Notes: generated from the sequence alone by a model not told the origin. A stretch of DNA of 64,000 bases from Anaerolineae bacterium (GCA_034419095.1 DAOULQ010000005.1:1024-65023), one strand, 5' to 3'; positions 36,701 to 45,651 are shown, numbered from the stretch's first letter. Translations and numbers: made by a program.

Positions 36701-38510
36701 CTTCTAGGGTCCTCTCAATTTCACTCGCTTTTGCTCCCCAGACTTCTGAATCAACTTTCACCCTCTCCAAATTCGGGGCACTCAAGACAAAATGCGACGT
36801 CTCTAGCATAGTCTTGATCTCAGCTGTTGATGCTGCCTCAGGCAGAAGCAGGAGTTCAGAGACTTCTCTCGAATTGTATCGAAGATCATCAAGTGATTGT
36901 ACTGCATTTGATAACTGCTCTCGAATATGATCCTTCTTGGCCGGAAGGAGGATAGAAACTTGACTTCCCCAAAAAGGGTGGTCAACAGGTCGTCCGATTT
37001 TGTTTATGAAAAGCTGAAGCTCCTCGACCAAGGACAGATTCTCATGGACTTCTTCACTTGTCCAAGTATCCACCGCGCTTATCTCGAGCTTAGGGAGTTC
37101 TATCCCGGAAAGAATCTCTTTGATTTGGATTAGACGACCATATACTTCATAGGGTGTTAATCTACTATCGCCAATCTCTGCATTTACCGCTTTGCTATAG
37201 CCATTCAACCTGGCCTGATGCCGTATCAACTGCTTTGTGTCAACAGGCGCGCCAAGCTTGGGTTGACCCAGTTCTAAGGATCGCTTCAGTTCATCTAGCA
37301 CGATTCTTTTCTTTGTCTTTTGGCTATGCAGTTCTAGGCATGCGTCTCCGAGGCCTACTTGATCCAACCGACGCTTGACTACTTCAAGTGCTGCCATTTT
37401 CTCTGACACAAACAGGACGGTTTTCTCATGACCAATCGCTTCCGCGATTAGGTTGGTTATCGTCTGCGATTTTCCTGTGCCTGGCGGGCCTTGGATGACC
37501 AAATTCCGCCCCTTATTGACTTCGAGAATGGCCAGTATCTGCGAGCTATCCGCATCGACAACATGATGGATTTCTTCTGGAGAGACGTGCGTATCGATCT
37601 CGATTTCATCATTGAATTCCAGCCTGGATCCATCGAACCCATCAAGTGATAGTAGGCTGCGTAGAATTGGATGTCTTTCTGGCCTTGATTCCTCTGACCA
37701 ATTGTTCGAATCAAGATCGTTGAACATCAAGAACTTGCCAAAGGAGAAGAAGCCCAGGGCAACCGCCTTCGTATCCACTTCCCATCTTGGATAATCCCCA
37801 ATCGCCTTTGATATCTCTTGAAAATATGAATTGATGTCGATGTCCTCCGCCTCAGGGAATTCCGGGAGCTTGATCCCAAAATCCGATTGGAGTTTCGCTC
37901 GTAGCGATAGATTCTCGTCAATATCGTCCCCCGAATACCGAACGCGAAATCTCGACCGCACGTTCGATCGGCTAGGCTCAACAGGGACAAGGATAAGCGG
38001 GGCCTTGCGGACATCATCGCTTGATGGAGACTCATACCAATGAAGCATGCCAAGAGCCAGGAATAGTATGTTCACACCCTGCTCTTCTATATAAGTGCGC
38101 GCGGCGTAGTACGTATTCAGTAGACGTCTTTGAAGTGCTTGCGATATATACGGGCTTTGTAGCTTATTATCCATGTGTCGAAGGGCAATTCCGTTCTCAT
38201 CTTCCTCCGGCTGTCCCAAACCTTCGATGATGATGTCTTGCTCCTCTCGAAACAGGGCCTGTTGATTACCCTTCTCTTGTTCTTCCTCAGGGATCGACAA
38301 GAAGGACATTGAACGTCCTTCATTCACCAGAATCCGAAATACTTCGGTGGGAAGCTCATCGATAATTTCAACACCTTTCGTCTTCAGCGGCCTATAGTTC
38401 AGGAGCTTGTTCCGAAGGCTGAGATCGAGAAGGTCTTTGCGTGCGTCATCGAGCGTTGCTCTAACAGGATCTTCGGTTTCCTCGATTGTGGGTATCTCTT
38501 GCTTCTGCAT
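33723..38510 (-). CDS. Hhe-type giant: DUF4011 + Upf1-like SF1 helicase + Vsr/DUF559 endonuclease + DUF3320-like C-terminus
   Basis: 1595 aa. Helicase motifs VIQGPPGTGKSQTITNLI and MVIFDEASQV, then VGDDRQLPP. Vsr-like fold GIECDGATYHS...RDRDRLRQEVLENLGWQIHRIWSTDW. Confidence 0.85.
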   Translation of the reverse strand: MQKQEIPTIEETEDPVRATLDDARKDLLDLSLRNKLLNYRPLKTKGVEIIDELPTEVFRILVNEGRSMSFLSIPEEEQEKGNQQALFREEQDIIIEGLGQPEEDENGIALRHMDNKLQSPYISQALQRRLLNTYYAARTYIEEQGVNILFLALGMLHWYESPSSDDVRKAPLILVPVEPSRSNVRSRFRVRYSGDDIDENLSLRAKLQSDFGIKLPEFPEAEDIDINSYFQEISKAIGDYPRWEVDTKAVALGFFSFGKFLMFNDLDSNNWSEESRPERHPILRSLLSLDGFDGSRLEFNDEIEIDTHVSPEEIHHVVDADSSQILAILEVNKGRNLVIQGPPGTGKSQTITNLIAEAIGHEKTVLFVSEKMAALEVVKRRLDQVGLGDACLELHSQKTKKRIVLDELKRSLELGQPKLGAPVDTKQLIRHQARLNGYSKAVNAEIGDSRLTPYEVYGRLIQIKEILSGIELPKLEISAVDTWTSEEVHENLSLVEELQLFINKIGRPVDHPFWGSQVSILLPAKKDHIREQLSNAVQSLDDLRYNSREVSELLLLPEAASTAEIKTMLETSHFVLSAPNLERVKVDSEVWGAKASEIERTLEAGHRIKCLHDVYDKIVRDESWDEDVLELRGLIAHYGPKWWRTLSRSYREAKTRLADLCTKDLPKSSDRQLEILDAILEVNRLTPTVEDFNEEASDLFGARWRGVQSNWEELIGISSWLAGLHRKINEGELPTQIVDFVATLAGSSVLEQENAQLRSKLAGHENATQEAIESLELDQSMRFGEGKTLIDLPLKEQDNHLKNWLNELDRLQEIIALRGLARQLDETGLESVVETSLSWPLAHRHLVDLLQHTWLSMLLERAWVERPILRDFDGEIHELSMRKFCELDTRLLDQNRVQLAYDHWKTLPKHRASGQLGVLYYEFAKKRRHRPIRKLMQEAGNVIQVVKPVFMMSPLSIAKFLPPDTVDFDMVIFDEASQVKPVDAFGAILRGTQVVVVGDDRQLPPTPFFETVIDVDEDYSESEPVNLESILGLSVAQGIPQRMLRWHYRSQHESLITVSNYEFYHNKLVVFPSPDKGKREVGLFYHYLPNTEYDRGKSRKNLGEAKKVAEAIMRHAKTSPDLTLGVAAFSISQTEAIRDQLEIGRRQDVSCEEFFRSHPEEPFFVKNLENVQGDERDVIFISVGYGRTSDGRVSMNFGPLNHEGGERRLNVLITRARKRCEVFTNLKADDIDLGKTRARGVEVLKRFLKYADTGYLDIPIPSGGEVESPFEEAVSARLRQLGHRVEHQVGTGGFFIDLAIVDEDQPGRYLLGIECDGATYHSARSARDRDRLRQEVLENLGWQIHRIWSTDWFRNPGREMQRLEKGIEAAKGHRASEAQSEMSSPHSHVQRAPPIERHKPGMAKRPALDSEPYKTAKPNITLYYREQLHEVSRRRMAAWIKDVVDTESPVHQDEVARRIANCAGVKRIGRRIRTTFELGLRAAIDEGFVIGRGPFLWRPGMKQPKLRSRSGLPNASRHIRLIAPEEIELAISKVVGASYGIQREMIPNEVCKLFGFKRTTSDMNAVVDHIVMELLNDGRIVEDGTYVVFPEAKRS

Positions 38511-39023
38511 TGGCTTGGTCCCTGTTGTTACGTTCTCACTATTGCACCCATCTTTGAGCCTGCAACCATGACAGCATACCGAGTAGTTGAGTGCACTCGA
38601 TAAGCCATAGATACAATGCGAAGCGAATGCCGCCTAACTATTCGTGCTGCCGAACCCTTTCGGCCTGGCCGCTCAGTCTTGGTAGATGGAAGAGTTCCAG
38701 CACAGCACCCTCACCGGGGTGCATTGTTTCCACATTTTGCTCATAGAAGCCAAACTCTGAACTCAAACACAAGGCCGACCCCCTCCTAGCATTGGCCAGG
38801 CAGACAGTCGGCTTCACATTCACGCTATCACCTCCCACAACGCTCTATTGCGATGATCCTGCGATGTGAGTGCTTGCCAGGTCTTCTCTTCCCATTCTAC
38901 CATAGCCGCAGGGGCAAATCAATGGGCATAGAACGGTAAGACGCCCTTCCATCCCCTCTGGAACGCGTGAGCGACCAGCCACACCACGCCGCGCCCTCTC
39001 CACACCCTACCGCTCGCCTCTCA

Positions 39024-39081
39024 CCAAACCACTTACTGTCTATTGACGCCTATGCTCCCTTCCCGACTCAACTACGACCCC
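39024..39081 (-). repeat. R2-3 conserved element
   Basis: Plus strand reads CCAAACCACTTACTGTCTATTGACGCCTATGCTCCCTTCCCGACTCAACTACGACCCC. Lies 70 nt downstream of the PIN stop and ~510 nt upstream of the Hhe start. Confidence 0.8.
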
Positions 39082-39151
39082 AAGGATGCACACTGATCGC
39101 AATCGCTTGATTTCAGAAGATCCTCATGTGTTCTGTGTTCTTGTCCAGTTG

Positions 39152-40246
39152 TTACTCGAGCTTCTTGCCGATGGATACGAAGTCAACCGACGTTACTTCG
39201 CTCGTAGCCGGGTCAAAGGTCATCTCTACTTCCATGTCGAGCCATCTTGAGGTACGCACTTCAACATGGTAGCGATCCCAATCATGATCTGGGACCTCAG
39301 GAGCGTCCCGGCCCCTCATTGCATAGTAGTCCGCTCTTGAAACAAGAACGGAGAACTCACATTCTACAGGCACCAGAACATAAAGTAGGAACTCGCCGGA
39401 ATGAAGCTCGCGGACATCCAATACATGGGGGGGCTCTGAGTCTGAAACGCCTGCTAGACGCAATCTCTCGAATGTCGAAGGAAATCCCAGTTTAGCGGGG
39501 TCCCAGCGGGCATCACTCATAGCGTAAGGCAAGCGGCTAACGACGACAGCCACTTCTTTCCACAGATCAAGTCCAGGATATCGGCCGCCCGCAATCCGCT
39601 GGCGTATGTCCTCCAGAGCCTCCATCGTAGGTTTGATATGTTCGTCCACGAATTCCCTTAGGCTGCCAAACAGAACAATTCGACCAGATTGGATGCCTCT
39701 CACCTCCATGTCGGCAACCAAGTCGGGATGGAGATTGCCCTCGTCATCGCAGAAGTCCTGCCTGTTTGCGGAAATGAACCCGATGTCCTGGCCCGGCCTG
39801 GCACCGAGATCGATGACATTTTCCCAGATTAGAGCGTCTCGATAGCCCGCGTCGCCTCGTGAGAAGGGCTTCCTTCGATTTAGTGCGCGCTTAACAATCT
39901 CTTCGTGGGGGATACTGGGGTAGTCCATAATAGTCGCTCCAGCCTGTGCAAATCGAGACGGCAACATTTGGCTGTAGTCTTCGACCAGACTATCAATGTC
40001 GGCATCGGTGAGAGGGGATTCGATCTCCGTACCGCTGAGTCTTCGAGCCTTGTCGAGCGACCCTTCGATTCTGCGCTGGCAATCACGTAGCCTCTCTGCG
40101 TACTTGTTCGTAGTCTCATCGATGACAAGTTTTGGGATGTGGAGCGAGTGATCGGCCCGAGGCAGGCCATCGAACAACACCCGAAATGGGCTACCAGACA
40201 TTGGGAAGTCTTGGCATATAATATTGGTGTCGAGGACTATTCGCAT
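39152..40246 (-). CDS. PIN-like nuclease domain protein (DUF4935-like) with C-terminal unknown domain
   Basis: 364 aa. MRIVLDTNIICQDF (first PIN acidic residue), with later YRDALIWENVI and FISANRQDFCDDEG acidic motifs. Confidence 0.65.
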   Translation of the reverse strand: MRIVLDTNIICQDFPMSGSPFRVLFDGLPRADHSLHIPKLVIDETTNKYAERLRDCQRRIEGSLDKARRLSGTEIESPLTDADIDSLVEDYSQMLPSRFAQAGATIMDYPSIPHEEIVKRALNRRKPFSRGDAGYRDALIWENVIDLGARPGQDIGFISANRQDFCDDEGNLHPDLVADMEVRGIQSGRIVLFGSLREFVDEHIKPTMEALEDIRQRIAGGRYPGLDLWKEVAVVVSRLPYAMSDARWDPAKLGFPSTFERLRLAGVSDSEPPHVLDVRELHSGEFLLYVLVPVECEFSVLVSRADYYAMRGRDAPEVPDHDWDRYHVEVRTSRWLDMEVEMTFDPATSEVTSVDFVSIGKKLE

Positions 40247-40276
40247 GATCTCCTCTTGAGCTACCCTGGCCTATAC

Positions 40277-40316
40277 CTTCTCACCTATGGTCCCTTCCCG
40301 AATAGAGTACCACTCC
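40277..40316 (-). repeat. R2-4 conserved upstream element
   Basis: Plus strand reads CTTCTCACCTATGGTCCCTTCCCGAATAGAGTACCACTCC. Lies ~30 nt upstream of the PIN start. Confidence 0.75.
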
Positions 40317-40616
40317 TATCATCAACACAACGGGCTCGCCCGCCAGGTGGGCAGACAAGCCCATGTATCCGTTGCGATTGCCAGGTATCTGCTGCAACCC
40401 CTGGCCTTGGCCTCGAAGGCTAGGTGCAAGCCACGAGGCTTTTTCTATTCTTTTCCGCAACCATTCTAGCGTGGCTTTCAAGCGATGTCAACAGTGCAGC
40501 AGCGCCGAATGACCAACGGAAGGGCTACCACTCTCACCACCCGCGAGGCCGTTTTCGCCGTCCAGAGGCGGCCCTTACCTCAACGAAGTTCTGCCGCCAA
40601 CGAAGAACCCAATCCC

Positions 40617-42833
40617 TCAGACAGTTCTGATGTTGGAGCTCTTTTCCGTAGATGATCGGCTAGCTACCTTCTGCCTCAGATAAGTATACCTACGTTGAAC
40701 CTCATTGTTCCTCACCGCAATGGCGATGGCCTTCTTCGTCCCCACGAGCACCGCCAGCTTCTTTGCTCTGGTTATGGCCGTATACAGTAGGTTCCTCTGC
40801 AGCATCACGTAGTGCTGAGTCAGAATGGGGACCACCACGGCTGGATACTCGTTGCCCTGGGATTTGTGGATGGAGATAGCGTAGGCCAACACCAGGTCAT
40901 CGAACTCGCTCCAATCGTAGCCGATCCGCCTGCCATCGAACTCCACCCACATCTGTTGGACTTCCAGATCAACTTGGGCTATTCTACCGATCTCGCCGTT
41001 GAAGACCTCCTTCTCATAATTGTTGCGTATCTGCATCACCTTGTCTCCGAGCCTGAACCTTCTCCCTCCTCTGACCATCTCCTCCCCAGCCGGATTGAGC
41101 AGGTTCTGAAGCTCCCTGTTCAGATTGCCCACGCCAACCACCCCTCTGTGCATGGGAGTGATCACCTGGATCTCATCCAGAGGGTTTAGGCCGAAAGCCT
41201 CAGGTATCCTCTCGGCGCAGAGTTGTTTGATGGTTTTCAAGGCCATCTCTGGATCTTCCCTCTCGATGAAGTAGAAGTCCGATAGCCCTTCACCTGCACG
41301 ATCGGTTCGTGGGAACTCTCCTCTGTTGACCCGGTGGGCGTTGACGACCAGCAGGCTCTTTTGAGCTTGCCTGAAGATCTCGGTCAGCCTAACCGTCTCC
41401 ACGGTGCCCGACTCGATGATATCCCTGAGGACGTTGCCCGGCCCCACCGAGGGAAGCTGATCCACGTCGCCCACCAACACCAGCGTCGCTGAGGGTGGTA
41501 TCGCCTTCAGCAGGTGGTTCATGAGCAGGATATCCACCATGGAGGCCTCATCGATGACCACCAGGTCCGCCTGCAGGGGCTTCTTGTCGTTCCTCTTGAA
41601 CTCGGCTTCGCGAGGGCTGTATTCCAATAGGCGGTGGATGGTCTTGGCCTCCCTACCCGTAACCTCCGCCAGCCTCTTGGCTGCCCTGGCGGTGGGAGAA
41701 GCCAGAACTATGCGTTGCCCCTTCTTCTCCAGTATCCGGATCAGGCTGTCCACCAGAGTCGTCTTGCCCGTGCCAGGCCCCCCGGTCAATACCAAGACCT
41801 TCCCCTCTATCGCCTTCCTGATCGCTTCCTTCTGCATCTCAGCCAGCTCGACCTCAGTCTGCTCCTGGACCCACTCGATGGAGGCTTCAACATCGATCTG
41901 CAAGAGCTGCTTTGGCCATCTAAGGAGGTCCCGTAGTCTGCTCGCTGTGTTCTCTTCTGCCACACGCAAGGGCGTGAGATACACAACCTTGGCACCCTTC
42001 CACTCCTCGATCGTCACCTTCTCCTGGCGGGCGAGAGAGTCCAACGCACCTTCCAAGATCCCCCTCTCTATCTCCAAGGTCCTCGTTGTCTTCTCCAGCA
42101 ACTGATCCTGGGGGTAGCAAACGTGCCCTTCGTCGACCAACTGACTCAGGGAGTAGAGCAGGCCAGCCTCAGCCCTGATCCGGGAGTGGGGATCGATCCC
42201 CATGTTCTGAGCGATCCTGTCGGCGGTCTTGAACCCTATGCCAGATATCTCCGTTGCCAGGCGGTATGGGTTCTCCTTGACGACGACAATCGCCTGGTTA
42301 CTGTAGCGCTTGTAGATCTTCACCGCATACGAGGTGTTCACCCCACAGCCCTGGAGGAAGATCAAAACTTGCCTGATCTCCTTCTGCTCCTCCCAGGCCC
42401 TGGTGATGCGCTCGCTCCTGATTGGGCCGATGCCGTCCACCTCCAGCAGCCGCTCAGGCTCCCCTTCGATGACGTCTAGAGTCTCTAGCCCAAAGCACTC
42501 CACCAGCCTCTTAGCCATGATGGGTCCGATGCCCCGGATCAGCCCTGAGCTGAGATACTTTTGGATCCCGGTGAGTGTGGCAGGCTGCATGGATAGCCAG
42601 CTCTCTACCCTGAACTGCTCCCCGAACTTCTTGTCGACCACCCACCTGCCTTCCAACCTCAAGCTCTCGCCAGGGTTGACCCCCGGCATGTGGCCCACCA
42701 CTGTCACCAGATCCTTCTGTCCCTCCACCTGAAGTCTGGCCACGGTGAAGCCGTCTTCCTCGTTGAGGTACACTATCCTCTCCAGGACCCCTTGTACAGT
42801 TGATTGGTCTCTAGCTTGTGCCATATCTTGCAT
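40617..42833 (-). CDS. recD2: RecD2-type SF1B ATP-dependent DNA helicase
   Basis: 738 aa. N-terminal OB/HhH region, LTGGPGTGKTT (Walker A), VIDEASMVD, and the C-terminal SH3-like/2B region typical of RecD-like helicases. Confidence 0.88.
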   Translation of the reverse strand: MQDMAQARDQSTVQGVLERIVYLNEEDGFTVARLQVEGQKDLVTVVGHMPGVNPGESLRLEGRWVVDKKFGEQFRVESWLSMQPATLTGIQKYLSSGLIRGIGPIMAKRLVECFGLETLDVIEGEPERLLEVDGIGPIRSERITRAWEEQKEIRQVLIFLQGCGVNTSYAVKIYKRYSNQAIVVVKENPYRLATEISGIGFKTADRIAQNMGIDPHSRIRAEAGLLYSLSQLVDEGHVCYPQDQLLEKTTRTLEIERGILEGALDSLARQEKVTIEEWKGAKVVYLTPLRVAEENTASRLRDLLRWPKQLLQIDVEASIEWVQEQTEVELAEMQKEAIRKAIEGKVLVLTGGPGTGKTTLVDSLIRILEKKGQRIVLASPTARAAKRLAEVTGREAKTIHRLLEYSPREAEFKRNDKKPLQADLVVIDEASMVDILLMNHLLKAIPPSATLVLVGDVDQLPSVGPGNVLRDIIESGTVETVRLTEIFRQAQKSLLVVNAHRVNRGEFPRTDRAGEGLSDFYFIEREDPEMALKTIKQLCAERIPEAFGLNPLDEIQVITPMHRGVVGVGNLNRELQNLLNPAGEEMVRGGRRFRLGDKVMQIRNNYEKEVFNGEIGRIAQVDLEVQQMWVEFDGRRIGYDWSEFDDLVLAYAISIHKSQGNEYPAVVVPILTQHYVMLQRNLLYTAITRAKKLAVLVGTKKAIAIAVRNNEVQRRYTYLRQKVASRSSTEKSSNIRTV

Positions 42834-42962
42834 CTAGACGCTCTTGCCTCTTCCTTAGGACTTCACGCCTCACACCTACTGCTGGAGCTAGTACGAAAGC
42901 GAGTCCGATCTCCGTCTCCCTAGAAGCTCTTGGCCATTCACGCCGGAAACGATCGATCCCTC

Positions 42963-43715
42963 CTAAGACAGGTGCCACCTCTTCTCCTCTTCCTCCCGCT
43001 CGACATCGTCATCTACCCAGACCATCCAAGGTTTTCGCCCCGGAACCCTTCGCGCCCTGCCAGCACGATAACGAGGACAATCCCTTGGCCCATAGCAATG
43101 GGTCTCAAAGCGCCACCTCTTCTTGCCGGGGTTCCAAGGATCGAGGATGATCTCGGTGGCCATCACCAATCCAAAGGGACACTTTTGGCAAGAGGCCTTA
43201 TAGGTCCTGGGATCAAGCCGGATATGTCCCCGCTTTCGATACTCCGGCAGCGGCGGCGCGATCCCTCCCTCCGGATGGGCTTCGGTCTCCTGCTCTGCTG
43301 GGCCGCGAGAGAGGAGTCGCAAACCGCTGACCTTGTAGTGGGTAGCCCACTCTTGCTTCGGATCTGGGACTGGAACCGCCCCGCCTTCGACACGGTCCCC
43401 GACGCGAAAGAGGTGCTTTCGGTAGATCTTGGGCCCGATGCCAACCCGCAACTCTGAACAGGGCAAATCCTCGACACTACCATCCAAGACCAAGGTGTAT
43501 CCCAGATAGGCGTGGCTCACCTCATCGAAGGAGCGGATCAGGCGGATGCGAGCCTTCACCGCCAGGACTCTCCCCTCAAAGTGGACCTTCTCACTGCTAC
43601 GGGTTCGCGTCACAGCTCCCTCTCTCCCAGCGCAGCCGTCTTGCCCGATGGCTCCATCTGATCTATGATCCGAGAATAGCACCCTACGCGGTGCTTGGCC
43701 GCTTCTGCCATGCAC
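42963..43715 (-). CDS. hypothetical protein (Cys-containing C-terminus); start uncertain
   Basis: 250-aa ORF between yhaM-like and recD2 on the same strand. C-terminus CQKCPFG...HCYGPRDCPRY. No family recognised. Confidence 0.45.
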   Translation of the reverse strand: MHGRSGQAPRRVLFSDHRSDGAIGQDGCAGREGAVTRTRSSEKVHFEGRVLAVKARIRLIRSFDEVSHAYLGYTLVLDGSVEDLPCSELRVGIGPKIYRKHLFRVGDRVEGGAVPVPDPKQEWATHYKVSGLRLLSRGPAEQETEAHPEGGIAPPLPEYRKRGHIRLDPRTYKASCQKCPFGLVMATEIILDPWNPGKKRWRFETHCYGPRDCPRYRAGRARRVPGRKPWMVWVDDDVEREEEEKRWHLS

Positions 43716-43784
43716 CGAAAGGTCGGAGGCCTCAGCCCCTCTCCATCCGCCGCACTATGGACACCACACAGGCACGGGTGCTGT

Positions 43785-44786
43785 TCAGAAAGGAATCTCC
43801 TCCTCCGGGACTTCGTCTTCTTCACGGGTCAAGAACCCCCGGTACAGCTCCGTCCTGAACATCCTGCTGTAGCGCGTCCACTCACTCTCGGTCACGGGCT
43901 CCGTCTGTACATGGTCCATGAATCCACGCAAATCGCCGTCTAACCAATCCGCGTGGTGCAGGGCTAAGGCCTCCAGAGTCTTGGGAGTCACTGGGGAGCC
44001 TCTTTCCTGCGCCCCATGGTGAGCCAGAATGGCGTGCAACAGAGCCACTCTTAGACCTGAGGGGAAGGTTTCTACTCTCACAACAGCCTGGTTGACGATC
44101 AGGGCTCCCTGAACCACATGGCCTACTAGTCTCCCCTCGTCAGTGAGATTGAACCCAGGGGTTGATTCGTAGGCAGACACCTTCCCTACGTCGTGGAGCA
44201 GAGCTGCTGTCAGGAGCAGATCGCGATTCAGCTCGGGATGCCGACCGTAGAGGTATCGGCAGAGATTGGCCACCGCCAATGAGTGCTCCAGTAGGCCACC
44301 TATGCACGCATGGTGATACATTTTGGCCGCAGGCCCTTTGAAGAAGATGTCTCGGAAGGATTGCTCGGACAAGAGAATATCCAGAAGGGCCAAGAGATGA
44401 GGATCCTTGATCTCTCCCACTAAGTGGCCGAGCTCTTCGACCATGTCACTCAGGGATCGCTTCGCGTGGGGCAGGAACTCCTGCAGATCTTCCAACGCGA
44501 TGGGAGTGATCCTGTCGATGTGTATCTGCAATTCGCCTGATTCTGGCGGATAGCTGGTCACAGTTCCATCTACCTGAACGCCAGTGCCTACTTCCAGCAA
44601 GGAGTATAACTGGGTTGGCACATCCCAATACCGTACTTCCACTCGCCCGGTCCTGTCACCCAGCACGGCCTTGAGATAAAGGGAGCCCTCCCTGGTCTGA
44701 GCAAGCTGTTTCTCCAAAAGAACGAAGACCTCGCCCCGCAACCTGGTGCCGTCGCGGAGATCCCTCACGAAGAGACTCTTTGCCAT
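43785..44786 (-). CDS. yhaM: YhaM-like 3'-5' exoribonuclease (OB fold + HD domain)
   Basis: Start set at MAKSLFVRDL. OB-fold N-terminus. HD domain HHACIGGLLEHSLAV...LLHDVGKV. Confidence 0.8.
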   Translation of the reverse strand: MAKSLFVRDLRDGTRLRGEVFVLLEKQLAQTREGSLYLKAVLGDRTGRVEVRYWDVPTQLYSLLEVGTGVQVDGTVTSYPPESGELQIHIDRITPIALEDLQEFLPHAKRSLSDMVEELGHLVGEIKDPHLLALLDILLSEQSFRDIFFKGPAAKMYHHACIGGLLEHSLAVANLCRYLYGRHPELNRDLLLTAALLHDVGKVSAYESTPGFNLTDEGRLVGHVVQGALIVNQAVVRVETFPSGLRVALLHAILAHHGAQERGSPVTPKTLEALALHHADWLDGDLRGFMDHVQTEPVTESEWTRYSRMFRTELYRGFLTREEDEVPEEEIPF

Positions 44787-45367
44787 GGTAGATTCGTAGC
44801 ACCTCCCGATAGGCTCAACAACGACTTCGAACTGTAGGAGTGACAACCCCATCATAGCGTATCCTCACAAAGGATTCAAGGACTCTAGAGGTGGGCCTCA
44901 CCAGTCAAGTGCACGTGTCAACTGCAATCGAATTCTACTACTCGCAAAGGCGTGAAGAGAGGCGGCACCTCCTACTTCATAGATGTTGTCCAGAGAAGGC
45001 AGCCCAGACCTGCTCTTGTGTCACTGCCGAGGTCTGCTTCCTACCCACGAGCACCTCTGCGTTGAGGCTGGCCGCGACACCAGCCGTCCTTTGTCTTGTG
45101 CGAGTACCAGACTTGGCCGTTCTTCTCTCGACGCTTCATCCTCATACCCCCCCTTTTTTCCTGTGGATGGGGGCACCAAGAGAGGTCTACGGGCTTCTCC
45201 CTGGCCCTAGTAACGCCAGGACGGGCTGAGGGCTCGTGGGACGCCTTCTGGGAGTTGTGGTCGATAAGAAGTTGTCAGTTGCCCCGCTAACTCGCTGTAA
45301 GGGCTCTTCTGTGCGTCCCTCGGGTCCTCTTTCTCATTTCTGCCCATGCCTCGCCAGTGGGGATGTT

Positions 45368-45392
45368 GTCCCTCGGGATCCCTGTGGGAAAG
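45368..45392 (+). repeat. REP-like word GTCCCTCGGGATCCCTGTGGGAAAG (copy A)
   Basis: Related copies at 45443-45467, 45652-45677, 45825-45848 and 46165-46182, and outside the region at 1684-1708. Confidence 0.7.
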
Positions 45393-45442
45393 GCGATGTT
45401 GCTTACCTGGCTATCGCTGTTGGCAGCCTCGATAGCCTCGCG

Positions 45443-45467
45443 GTCCGTCAAGGATCCCTGTGGGAAA
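45443..45467 (+). repeat. REP-like word GTCCGTCAAGGATCCCTGTGGGAAA (copy B)
   Basis: See copy A. Confidence 0.7.
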
Positions 45468-45651
45468 TGTGCATTCTCTGGCGTCGTAAGTGCCAAGGTC
45501 TGGGAAGTCGAAGCCCTGGTATGGAAAGAGGAGAGGAGAGCTTTATCAAGCCCGGAGGCCATCTAGGCAGCCGTGCAAGCCCGCTACCAGGCCCTCAATG
45601 CAGACCAGCTTCACAGTGAACTTGAAGCATCTAAGACGGAGATAGATCGTC

